Source of the DNA: Alphaproteobacteria bacterium RIFCSPHIGHO2_01_FULL_41_14
GTDB lineage: Bacteria; Pseudomonadota; Alphaproteobacteria; UBA7879; UBA5542
Reading direction: 5' to 3'
Assembly (NCBI GenBank): GCA_001767855.1
Contig: MEMF01000002.1
Span: 168,893 to 232,892 of the forward strand
Length of the DNA stretch: 64,000 nt
The translations under genes and the position numbers were made by a program. Positions 18,568 to 27,721 of the stretch are shown in pieces (position 1 is the first letter of the stretch; each line of letters opens with the position of its first letter). The notes under the pieces were generated by a model, which ran no database searches, had not been told where the DNA came from, and saw nothing but the letters and a program-made list of their open reading frames with translations.

Positions 18568-21189
18568 TTAAGGGTTCAAGTACCAAGAAAGACCCAGCTT
18601 GAATTCATTATTAATGAGATTAATTTTTTCGGTTACATTGCCATTGCTTTGATCTTTTATTTTCAAGCCAGGTATGTAATCTAAGATGTAATCACTGCGG
18701 AGCGCCAAGTGTCTGGTAATAAAGGTTTCAAGTCCTGCGCCCACCCGTATACCGATTCCGTAAACTTTTTCAGATCCCCCTGCTGTAAAGGAGTGTTGAG
18801 TACCGCTGTGTTGGGAAGAATGAGAAAAACTCCCTCCTATCATGCCTATACGACCATAACCGATAGTCCCGTGGTTGAAAATATACCCAGGGCGCGCTGT
18901 TAGGGCCCATAACCATTGAAGTTTATTCGAGTATGATTCTGTGGTAGTTCCCCCATTGAGAATGGACTCTGAAATGATAGGCTTCGTCAAATCAAGTTGC
19001 AATTCTCCCGCCATAAAAAATTTATCTTGATGGTCGCTATACCCAACAAAGAGACCCCACGCCGGGTCCACTGTTGATCCTTCCCCATCATAGGTAGTGG
19101 TGGCACTAGACCCATTAACCCCCGTTACATTGCGATGATTTACGAAGGTAGAAAGACCACTATCAGCTCCAAAATAGAATCCGGTTCCAACACTTTCTTC
19201 ATAAATGTCTCCCATGGCAGGCCCTGACATGGGATTTAATTTGTATCCTATGCCTAAATTAATTTCATTTAAGAGGGGGCGGTCTTTCTTATAATCTGTA
19301 CCAGATTTATAATAGAAGGGCTGATAAGTCACCTGAGCTCCTTCCACTCGAACGGACAAGCGATCATTTAAAGCAGACTCAAGACCTAAACCATAAAGGA
19401 ATCCTGTTCGATTAGTGCGTTGATAAGAGGTGGGGAAAATAATTTCCCCGGTACCTCCTGAACTACTATAAGAAAAATTAGAGCTGTTAGCGCCAAGGCG
19501 TGCGTATAATAAACTGGATGGGGAGACGTAATATCCAAGACGTCCTATGATTCCCCAAGTGGTTCTTATTTCAGCAGATGAATCTGTGCTTGCTCCAGAA
19601 ACAGTGTAGCTTGTTTTACTGTCAGCCCCATAGATTCCAACATTAAATTCAGCTCCTGCGTAAATTTTGTTAATGTCTATTCCATACCCTGCCAACAAGT
19701 GAATCCCTCCACCAAAGTTGGAAGTGGAAAGATCGTTTGTGAACGTTGAGTAGGTTGAATGAGAAGCTGTTTGCCCTGCTAGCGAGGCAGCTTTAAGACC
19801 AACATAGAATCCGTCCCCAACATTCGTATAAGGAGCAATACCTCCTCGGTAGACAAGGCGGGATACTTCTCCCTCTTCTTTCTCTAAATCATCATAAGAA
19901 AGCTCTGACGCAGAAGCATCAATGAGCCAGGTAGGAGTTTTCTTTTCTTTTTGATTCAGATAAACAACAAACCGACCATTCCCTTTGGTTCCAAAAGATT
20001 TCTTACCAATAACAGAGGTTCCTTTATCAACTTTAAAAATAAGACTCGTATGTTCCGGATCTGTTTGGTCTAGTTTAAATCCTTCTACAAGACCTGCTTT
20101 TTGTTCTGTAACGTTTACGTTATCCCATATCATCTTGGGAAGATGGATGCTGACTTCATTCGTTGTTTTGTTTTCTTGAACATCGAAATTTTTTACCTCA
20201 GTCGTCATGAGGCGAATAATCGTATCGTTATTTTGAACTAAAATATTCATGCTTTTAACAAGGTCATTTTCTGGAAACACAGAAAACGAATCTCCCCGAT
20301 TTAAGAGGGCATTGTTTTGGGTCTTCATAGAGGTATATGTTTCGTTAACTTTGTTCGAATTTGAGATAGTATTGACCGTGGGAACAAAAGATTGATGAGC
20401 CAGATCAATTACTAATTTGGGATCAGGCGTTTTTTCACCGATAATGGATGCTTGAACAATGCGTGTCCCTTTCTGTACAGACACTTCTATGCCCACATCT
20501 TTGTTCATTGTTATCAGTTTATAGCCTTTAAAAAAACCGAAAGATTCAGAAGAAGAGGGGGCCGGCACCCACTGCGTGATTTCTGTGGGAAGAATATAAA
20601 TGGTAGAAAAGTCATCATTTTCTTTGATAATGAATTTTGTTTGGCGACTAAGATCCAGAACAAGTCGTGTGTTTTGATTTTTGAATCCTGCTCGGATCCC
20701 TTTTATGGTCAGAGGTCCATTGACAGGAGCAGGAGATGGATTCATGGGCGCTTCTGCTACAGGATTTTGAGGAATTGGGGCTTCAGGTGGAAGGGGGGGA
20801 TTTTGGGAATCTGGCTGTGCATAAAAAGAAAGACTATATTGATTATGTTGATTTTGCACCAATTTACCTGTCACAAGACGTTTGTCCTTTTTAATGACTA
20901 AATCTCCTGCTCCATCTTGATAGGGTACGTAAGTATAGCTCAACCCAAGGTTTGATTCCTTTGAAAGAGGAGGAGTCCACTGAGTGTCTTCGGGGAATTC
21001 GATGAGAAGAGTTTCATCATCTTCTTGGTCGGGCTCTAGGGAAAAAGCTTCATCAAAGGTAAAAGAAAGGGTGGGGGTCCCTTGGTGGTCAATGATCTTC
21101 ATATCCTGCACAACAAGGGCACATGCTTCTTCTAAATTGGTAAGGAATACCAATAAAAAAGAAAAATATAAAATAGATTTTATTCTCAT
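18568..21189 (-). CDS. large secreted outer-membrane protein: AMIN-like repeat region plus two tandem Omp25/OmpA-like beta-barrel modules
   Basis: Signal peptide (..NLEEACA then LVV) and a Pro-rich linker. There are several repeats of the TRLVLDLS / KLVIDLAH type resembling AMIN domains. The C-terminal half holds two ~215-aa modules, each ending ...LGIGYKLNP and ...LGLSWYLNP, with alternating aromatic beta-strand patterns. Confidence 0.55.
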   Translation of the reverse strand: MRIKSILYFSFLLVFLTNLEEACALVVQDMKIIDHQGTPTLSFTFDEAFSLEPDQEDDETLLIEFPEDTQWTPPLSKESNLGLSYTYVPYQDGAGDLVIKKDKRLVTGKLVQNQHNQYSLSFYAQPDSQNPPLPPEAPIPQNPVAEAPMNPSPAPVNGPLTIKGIRAGFKNQNTRLVLDLSRQTKFIIKENDDFSTIYILPTEITQWVPAPSSSESFGFFKGYKLITMNKDVGIEVSVQKGTRIVQASIIGEKTPDPKLVIDLAHQSFVPTVNTISNSNKVNETYTSMKTQNNALLNRGDSFSVFPENDLVKSMNILVQNNDTIIRLMTTEVKNFDVQENKTTNEVSIHLPKMIWDNVNVTEQKAGLVEGFKLDQTDPEHTSLIFKVDKGTSVIGKKSFGTKGNGRFVVYLNQKEKKTPTWLIDASASELSYDDLEKEEGEVSRLVYRGGIAPYTNVGDGFYVGLKAASLAGQTASHSTYSTFTNDLSTSNFGGGIHLLAGYGIDINKIYAGAEFNVGIYGADSKTSYTVSGASTDSSAEIRTTWGIIGRLGYYVSPSSLLYARLGANSSNFSYSSSGGTGEIIFPTSYQRTNRTGFLYGLGLESALNDRLSVRVEGAQVTYQPFYYKSGTDYKKDRPLLNEINLGIGYKLNPMSGPAMGDIYEESVGTGFYFGADSGLSTFVNHRNVTGVNGSSATTTYDGEGSTVDPAWGLFVGYSDHQDKFFMAGELQLDLTKPIISESILNGGTTTESYSNKLQWLWALTARPGYIFNHGTIGYGRIGMIGGSFSHSSQHSGTQHSFTAGGSEKVYGIGIRVGAGLETFITRHLALRSDYILDYIPGLKIKDQSNGNVTEKINLINNEFKLGLSWYLNP

Positions 21190-21426
21190 TCCCCGCCTGT
21201 CTTAATTACATTTTATAGAAAAAAGTCAGTCTGAGCTACAGAAACTTCTGTATACTTCAGAGGAAGAGATATTTGAATTTAGAAAGAGAGAATTTTATGA
21301 AAATAAGGAGGCCTATAAAGGCCATCACTCTGTTTCTTTTCGGCCTACTTTTCTGATAATACATGGTTTTTTATTTGGTGATGTAATCTTCTAGAGAGCC
21401 GCTGTGTTTTATGATATCAGTAGAGT

Positions 21427-24147
21427 GTGTCACCATTGCGTCATTCAAATAAAGAAACTTTGTTTCTCATTGATGGATCTGGGTTTATTTTCCGGGCCTA
21501 TCATGCATTGCCTCCTTTGACACGCCCAGATGGAATGCCTGTGGGAGCTGTTCTAGGATTTACCAACATGTTGGTAAAGATTCTAACAGAAATGAACGCG
21601 CCTTATGTGGCGGTTATTTTTGACGCAGGAAGGCGCACATTTCGCAATGAAATCTGCCCAAACTATAAGGCAAACCGTCGCGAAACCCCGGAAGATCTTA
21701 TTCCTCAATTCCCTCTTATTCGTCAGGCATGCACAGCTTTTGGAGTGCCCTTGGTTGAAAAAGAAGGGTTTGAGGCTGATGATATTATAGCGACTTATGC
21801 TGTGGGGGAAAAAGATCGTGACATTATGATCGTATCATCTGATAAAGATTTGATGCAGCTGGTATCAGAGAGGGTAAAGCTCTATGACCCCCTTAAAAAT
21901 AAAATCATTGATCAAGAGGGGGTGCACGAGAAATTTGACGTAGGACCCAAGCAGGTCATAGATGTTCAAGCCCTCGCAGGAGACAGCTCAGATAACATTC
22001 CTGGTGTGCCTGGGATCGGCATTAAGACAGCGTCTTCTTTGATTCAAGAATTTGGCACCCTCGAAAACTTACTTGATAAAGCGCGCACTATTAAACAAGA
22101 AAAGCGCCGAGAAGCCCTGATAAACTTTGCAGATCAGGCGCGTTTGTCAAAACAATTGGTGACGCTACATACAACTGTGCCCGATCTTTTACCTGTCGAC
22201 CGTCTAAAAATAACAGAAATTCATCCAGAAACTGTTCTTCCTTTCCTAGAAGAGCAAGGGTTTCGGAGTTTGAAAAAAAGATTGTTTAACGAAGAGAAAA
22301 TAGAGAAAAAACCACAGGCGCTACAAAAAGCAACACACTCTTACGACCTTATTTTAACCGCTTCTCAACTTGAGGGATGGATCGGCAAGATCAAAGAAGC
22401 AGGGGTTGTTGCCGTTGATACAGAGACTAATTCTTTGGATGCAAAATCTGCTCGTTTAGTGGGTGTTTCATTTGCCATTAGAGCTGGTGTCGCCTGCTAT
22501 ATCCCTGTTTCTTTTAACCCCCCTGTGTCTCTCTTAGATCCACAAATGCTGCACTTAGAGATGGGTCTCAATTTGGTTTTAGAAAAAATATCCCCTCTCC
22601 TAGCTGACCCCAAAATCATTAAAATAGGGCACAACCTGAAATACGATAAATTAGTTTTAAGGCAATACGGTGTAGAGATCATCAATTATGAAGACACCAT
22701 GCTTCTGTCGTACTTACAGCAAGGGGGTAGGCATGGATTGGATTACCTTACAGAGCTTCATTTTGGGCATCGTATGGCTTCCTTCAGTGAGGTCGTGGGT
22801 GTGGGGAGAAAAGCAGTTACCTTTGATCAAGTGCCTTTGGATAAAGCCTTAGATTATGCTGCATCTGACGCAGATTATACCTATCGACTCTATGACCTTC
22901 TGAAACCGCAATTGCGTTCAGAGCATCTAAAAAAACTCTATGAACAGATTGATCTGCCGCTTGTGGATGTCCTGGTGGATATGGAAGATAGGGGAGTGAA
23001 AATCGATCCTTCTGTCTTAAACATTTTGACTCGAGAATTAGATAGACGTCTCAGAGATCTGGAAAGAGAAATTCATCATCTTGCGGGTAAGCAATTTAAT
23101 ATAGCCTCTCCGAAGCAATTAGGGGATATCTTATTTGAAACGCTGCATTTGCCCGGGGGGAAAAAAGGTAAAATGGGGGCTTATATGACAGGCTCCGATA
23201 TTCTAGAGGGTTTAGCAGAACATCATCCTTTACCAGGAAAATTATTAGAATGGCGACAACTTTCAAAACTGAAAAGCACCTATACTGCCACGTTGATAGC
23301 ACAAATTAACCCTAAAACTAAAAGAGTTCATACGTCTTACGCCATGGCTATCACTTCTACGAGTCGTCTTGCGTCTTCGGATCCTAATTTGCAAAATATC
23401 CCCATTCGTACAGAAGAAGGTCGTGAAATTCGAAAGGCGTTTATTGCGAGTGAGGGATGTCGTCTGGTTTCATTTGATTACTCTCAAATCGAGCTTCGAT
23501 TGTTAGCACACATGGCGGATATCACAACGTTGCAACAAGCTTTTATTCAGAACAAGGATATTCATGCCTTAACGGCAAGTCAGGTCTTTGGTGTTCCCTT
23601 GGGACAAGTCTCTTCCGAACTGAGAGGGAGGGCAAAAGCCATCAATTTTGGCATTATCTATGGTATCAGTGCCTTTGGTCTAGCGAAACAATTAAAGATA
23701 GATCGGTCGGAAGCTGCGGCTTATATCCAAGCCTACCACAAACAATATCCGGGCATTAAAGCCTACATGGAACGCACCATTGAATTTGCGCGGGTTCATG
23801 GGTATGTGGAAACTTTGTGGGGACGTCGATGTTTCGTGCCAGATATTAATTCAAAAAACGGAACTTTTCGATCGTTTGCAGAACGTCAAGCTGTTAATGC
23901 CCCGTTACAAGGAAGCAATGCAGACCTTATTAAGAAAGCCATGATAGAGGCTCATATTTTCTTGAAAGGAAAGTATGATACTCGGTTGCTTCTTCAGGTA
24001 CATGATGAGTTGATTTTTGAAGTTCCTCTCTCTGAAATGGAAATAGTAGAAAAAGCCGTAAAAAAAATCATGGAATCTGTTGAGATACTAAAAGTGCCAC
24101 TTACTGTAGGCGTAGGACAGGGAACAACATGGGAAGATGCTCATTAG
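21427..24147 (+). CDS. polA: DNA polymerase I
   Basis: 906 aa with 5'-3' exonuclease, 3'-5' exonuclease and family-A polymerase motifs (DYSQIELR, KAINFGIIYG, QVHDELIFE). GTG start at 21427. Confidence 0.95.
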   Translation: MSPLRHSNKETLFLIDGSGFIFRAYHALPPLTRPDGMPVGAVLGFTNMLVKILTEMNAPYVAVIFDAGRRTFRNEICPNYKANRRETPEDLIPQFPLIRQACTAFGVPLVEKEGFEADDIIATYAVGEKDRDIMIVSSDKDLMQLVSERVKLYDPLKNKIIDQEGVHEKFDVGPKQVIDVQALAGDSSDNIPGVPGIGIKTASSLIQEFGTLENLLDKARTIKQEKRREALINFADQARLSKQLVTLHTTVPDLLPVDRLKITEIHPETVLPFLEEQGFRSLKKRLFNEEKIEKKPQALQKATHSYDLILTASQLEGWIGKIKEAGVVAVDTETNSLDAKSARLVGVSFAIRAGVACYIPVSFNPPVSLLDPQMLHLEMGLNLVLEKISPLLADPKIIKIGHNLKYDKLVLRQYGVEIINYEDTMLLSYLQQGGRHGLDYLTELHFGHRMASFSEVVGVGRKAVTFDQVPLDKALDYAASDADYTYRLYDLLKPQLRSEHLKKLYEQIDLPLVDVLVDMEDRGVKIDPSVLNILTRELDRRLRDLEREIHHLAGKQFNIASPKQLGDILFETLHLPGGKKGKMGAYMTGSDILEGLAEHHPLPGKLLEWRQLSKLKSTYTATLIAQINPKTKRVHTSYAMAITSTSRLASSDPNLQNIPIRTEEGREIRKAFIASEGCRLVSFDYSQIELRLLAHMADITTLQQAFIQNKDIHALTASQVFGVPLGQVSSELRGRAKAINFGIIYGISAFGLAKQLKIDRSEAAAYIQAYHKQYPGIKAYMERTIEFARVHGYVETLWGRRCFVPDINSKNGTFRSFAERQAVNAPLQGSNADLIKKAMIEAHIFLKGKYDTRLLLQVHDELIFEVPLSEMEIVEKAVKKIMESVEILKVPLTVGVGQGTTWEDAH

Positions 24148-24236
24148 ATTTTTCTTGTTTATTTCTACTTGGAGGAGGCTATTCAACGTTCCTGTAATTT
24201 TGTAGGGTGACCCCCAAAGTATAACTTGGGGTGAAC

Positions 24237-26030
24237 ATGAATAAGTGGGCTATTTGGGCGTGTATTGGTCTTAGTGCATGTAATTTGGATCAAAAAAAGT
24301 TTCAAGATCCGATCATCGATCGAGCCCACGAAAGTATAAAAACAGCCTTACTCGAACCGACCAATGAAAGACCCCCACAATTAGCTACTGCTCCTTCTTC
24401 TTCAGCAGCGGCTCTGTTGCCAAAAATCCTACAACAAAAAGTTACCATTGAATTGAATGAGTCTAAGGATATTAAAGAAGTTTTTATGGATCTTTGTCGT
24501 GCTGCTAAAATTAATGTAGTGGTAGAAAAGGAAATAGAGGGATCCATTTTTTATCATGCAAAATCTCGTCCTCTGATCGAAGTAGTACAGTCTATTTGCG
24601 AAATCCTTAATTTACGCTTTCGGTATGAGAAAAATTTACTATATATAGAACGAGATGTTCCCTACTTAAAAACATATGATGTTCAGTTTTTGAACATGAG
24701 TCGGGAAACAAAAAACAATGTTTCTATTACCAATAATATTTTGTCTAAATCTTCCACCACGGGGGTGGGGGCAAATGGATCCACCACAGAAATTTCTAGT
24801 CGGGCGGAGAATGATTTTTGGGAAGAGTTAAAACATATTTTGAGGAATCTTTTACAGGTTCCAAAAACCCAATTACTAGACGAAGATTCTGAAAAAATAG
24901 AAGAAAAAAAGATTCTGCCTTTGCAGGGGCAACTTAAGGATTCCCAGACACAAAATGTCCGTGTTCACGAGAAGAAAAAGATCAAACAAAAAGGCCGACC
25001 TTCCTTTGCGATTCATCGTCAAACGGGCCTCATTACTATTTACGGAACTCAAAAAAATCATCATGTCGTAGAACAATTTTTGACCAAGCTAAAAAAGCAA
25101 ATGGGAAGGCAGATTTTGATTGAGGCAAAGATATTAGAGGTGACTTTAAAGGAGGAGTATAAAAGCGGAATTGATTGGCAACGGATTGGGGAATATGGGC
25201 TAGGTAACTATGCGGAAGCCAGTAAAACAAGATTTCAAGGAGACCTCAGTGCCTCTGCTTTGTTTGGTGCCATTGCGCAGAAAACGCCTACAGTGATCAC
25301 AACTCCCGAAACGTCTCAGGTGATTAGTCTGGGGGGTAGGGGGCATTCTTTGTCCGCCATTCTAAATTTTATGGAAACGTTTGGGGTCGTACGTACTCTG
25401 TCTAGCCCGAGACTTACGGTGTTGAATAATCAAACAGCCCTTTTAAAAGTGGCTGAAAATTTCGTGTTTTTTAATGTAACGGGAGAGCGTCAATTTCTAA
25501 ACTCAGACTCTACCAATTATGGTTCTTTGGTGTCCGCCAACAGTTCTCCCCAAACCATTCCCATCGGATTTGTGATGAGTGTCCAACCAGCCATTGATGT
25601 AGAGACACAAGATATTATTATTAATTTAAGGCCAACAATTACACGGTTAATCGATACAAAACAAGATCCAGCCGTTGTGTTGTTAAACCAGTCCCTACAA
25701 AATCCCTCTCATCACGTTAAATCTGAATTCCCCGTCATCGCCGTGCGTGAGATGGATTCTATTTTGAGGATCAAATCAGGCACCGTTGCTATTTTAGGGG
25801 GCTTAATGATCGAGGGGGCAGAGACTGGTCGTGCAGGAATTCCTGGCACGAGTGAAGGGCCTTTTAGTTTTTTTACCTCTGCCAAGCGCCAAGCAAAAGC
25901 AGTCACAGAGCTCGTCATCTTTTTGCGGGCAACAATTTTGGAAGGCGCTCATCCTGATTCCAAAGATCAGCAACTCTATAGGGAGTTTTCTCTAGATTCT
26001 CGTCATTTAAATTGGAAAGAAGCCGCATGA
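24237..26030 (+). CDS. lipoprotein secretin (GspD/PilQ/MshL/BfpB-type outer-membrane channel)
   Basis: Lipobox LSAC. A secretin-domain start (ILIEAKILEVTLKEEYKSGIDW) and secretin C-terminal motifs (GTVAILGGLM...GIPGT...FSFF...ELVIFLRATIL). The RBS GGGGTG precedes ATG 24237, and an alternative GTG lies at 24231. Confidence 0.8.
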   Translation: MNKWAIWACIGLSACNLDQKKFQDPIIDRAHESIKTALLEPTNERPPQLATAPSSSAAALLPKILQQKVTIELNESKDIKEVFMDLCRAAKINVVVEKEIEGSIFYHAKSRPLIEVVQSICEILNLRFRYEKNLLYIERDVPYLKTYDVQFLNMSRETKNNVSITNNILSKSSTTGVGANGSTTEISSRAENDFWEELKHILRNLLQVPKTQLLDEDSEKIEEKKILPLQGQLKDSQTQNVRVHEKKKIKQKGRPSFAIHRQTGLITIYGTQKNHHVVEQFLTKLKKQMGRQILIEAKILEVTLKEEYKSGIDWQRIGEYGLGNYAEASKTRFQGDLSASALFGAIAQKTPTVITTPETSQVISLGGRGHSLSAILNFMETFGVVRTLSSPRLTVLNNQTALLKVAENFVFFNVTGERQFLNSDSTNYGSLVSANSSPQTIPIGFVMSVQPAIDVETQDIIINLRPTITRLIDTKQDPAVVLLNQSLQNPSHHVKSEFPVIAVREMDSILRIKSGTVAILGGLMIEGAETGRAGIPGTSEGPFSFFTSAKRQAKAVTELVIFLRATILEGAHPDSKDQQLYREFSLDSRHLNWKEAA

Positions 26031-26719
26031 AAAAATTAAAAGCTTTTCTGAAAAAGGAGGAGGGGTTCAGTCTTATTGAGATTGCCATTGCTCTTATTGT
26101 GCTGGGGCTCGTTATCGGGGGCGTTTTGAAAGGAAAAGAGCTCATCGAAAATGCAAAATTAAATGTGGTGGCTCGTAATATTGATATGTATCGAATGGCG
26201 ATCCATCTGTTTGTCGATACATATGGTTCTTTACCTGGAGATTTTCATTTAGCATCCGCTCATATTCATCCCAAACTTCGGGATGGACAAAACGATGGTG
26301 TTATTAGTGGTCATGGGTTGAATCCTTTGGATGAAGCGGCGAATGTCTGGACCCATCTAGCCCAAGCTGGGCTGATTGGAGATGTGGGTCAGTTTCCAAG
26401 TTATGAATACGCGAAGGGGGGACAGGGTGTGCCTCAAGAAAAAATTGGGGGAGTGATCACGCTTCAGCATGACCCCCATCCCGACATGTCGGGACACTGG
26501 CTTCTTTTGGGACGCGAGAATGGGTCGAAGGGAGATGGAGCTTTATTGACACCCCAGCAAGCCAGAACATTAGCACAAAAAATGGATAGCGCCGATCCGA
26601 ATTCCGGTCGAGTACGGGGGTATCATGGCGTGAATGTGTCACCAGAAGATTGTATTAAAGAAGGGAAATTTAATAGTGCCAATACCCAGCCAGCCTGTAT
26701 TTTATACTTTCAACTTTAA
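26027..26719 (+). CDS. prepilin-type N-terminal cleavage/methylation domain protein (large pilin/pseudopilin, 230 aa)
   Basis: Class III signal MKKLKAFLKKEEG|FSLIEIAIALIVLGLV, with G at -1, F at +1 and E at +5. Its ATG overlaps the secretin TGA in an ATGA junction. Confidence 0.7.
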   Translation: MKKLKAFLKKEEGFSLIEIAIALIVLGLVIGGVLKGKELIENAKLNVVARNIDMYRMAIHLFVDTYGSLPGDFHLASAHIHPKLRDGQNDGVISGHGLNPLDEAANVWTHLAQAGLIGDVGQFPSYEYAKGGQGVPQEKIGGVITLQHDPHPDMSGHWLLLGRENGSKGDGALLTPQQARTLAQKMDSADPNSGRVRGYHGVNVSPEDCIKEGKFNSANTQPACILYFQL

Positions 26720-26724
26720 GTCTT

Positions 26725-27525
26725 ATGAAACAATTTTTTCGTGACGTTAAAAACGAAGAAGGATTTGCCCTGGTAGAAGTGGCCATTGCCTTAATCGTGA
26801 TGGGAGTTTTATTAGGAATAGGGCTTCCTTCTTTTTTGCAGTATCTTCAATGGCAGAAGATTAGAGACACAAAAGAAAAGCAAGAAAAAATTTTCTATAG
26901 TGTGGCCAGTTTCGTTCTCCAAAATGGGTTTGTGCCTTTACCGGCAGACCCTTATGAAAAAGGAGAAAATTTTGGGATGTCGAGACCCTCTGCCCAAAAG
27001 TCTGAAGATTTGAGAGGTCTTATTCCCTTTAAAACTTTGGGACTCCCTGAAGAGTGTGCTCGTGATGGGTTTAAACACTACTTTACGTACATTGGGGGGG
27101 CGCCCCAAAAAGAACAGATAGATGTGTCAAATCAAGCTTCTTTTTGCCAAGTCTTCCCCATCCATTCTTTGGAGGTGGACGAGCGACGCCCCAATGGGGG
27201 ATTTTCGAAGAGACCACAAAATCTGGCATCTCAAAATCCCATAGTTCTGATCATCATCAGTCATGGGGAAAGTGGGCACGGGGCCTATTACGGTGTTGCG
27301 GGAAGTATGAAACAAATCTCAAGATTAGATCAAGCGGGCGCAGACAAACGGCATAACGCATCATCAAGCTTAAGAATTATTAGTCGCGCTTTGTCTCGAA
27401 AGCCTCAAGACTTTTTTGATGACATGGTTGTGTGGGTAACCCGCGACAACTTAATGGCCTTTTATGGGAAGTCCCCTTGTCAGGTCTATGAGAAACCAAC
27501 AGAGTATGGACATGTCTTTATTTGA
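26725..27525 (+). CDS. prepilin-type N-terminal cleavage/methylation domain protein (large pilin/pseudopilin, 266 aa)
   Basis: Class III signal MKQFFRDVKNEEG|FALVEVAIALIVMGVLLG. It starts 5 nt after the first pilin. Confidence 0.7.
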   Translation: MKQFFRDVKNEEGFALVEVAIALIVMGVLLGIGLPSFLQYLQWQKIRDTKEKQEKIFYSVASFVLQNGFVPLPADPYEKGENFGMSRPSAQKSEDLRGLIPFKTLGLPEECARDGFKHYFTYIGGAPQKEQIDVSNQASFCQVFPIHSLEVDERRPNGGFSKRPQNLASQNPIVLIIISHGESGHGAYYGVAGSMKQISRLDQAGADKRHNASSSLRIISRALSRKPQDFFDDMVVWVTRDNLMAFYGKSPCQVYEKPTEYGHVFI

Positions 27526-27721
27526 AGGGGGAAATCGTTTACCTTTTTGGATCTATGTTCTAGCAGCGGGCGTACTTTGGGTTTTGGTGTGGGGCTTAGG
27601 CATGGAAAAGATGCCTGTTTTAGAGTCTGATTTTATAGTTGAGGATATGCCACCCTTATCTCTGTCCGATCTTCATTCGCCTCCTCGAGAGACATACTTT
27701 ACGATTGAGCGCGCAAGCTAG
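27512..27721 (+). CDS. possible small single-TM protein overlapping the pilin2 stop (weak)
   Basis: ATG 27512, read out of frame with pilin2, gives a 69-aa product with one hydrophobic helix (FWIYVLAAGVLWVLVWGLG). It overlaps the 3' end of the convergent rpe by 22 nt. There is no RBS and no homology signal. Confidence 0.2.
   Translation: MSLFEGGNRLPFWIYVLAAGVLWVLVWGLGMEKMPVLESDFIVEDMPPLSLSDLHSPPRETYFTIERAS

Noticed and set aside
20452-20901. 149-aa + strand ORF antisense to the large OMP gene
   Set aside because: It is embedded in the well-supported 873-aa minus-strand gene, with no RBS, and is Cys/Arg-rich.
21190-21426. 237-bp divergent intergenic region between the OMP gene and polA, with a 19-codon mini-ORF (ATG at 21297)
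   Set aside because: The mini-ORF has no RBS or family signal. The region is most simply two divergent promoters.
24205-24232. hairpin CCCCAA...TTGGGG between polA and the secretin gene
   Set aside because: It is not followed by a T-run and overlaps the secretin RBS and start, so it is not called as an intrinsic terminator.
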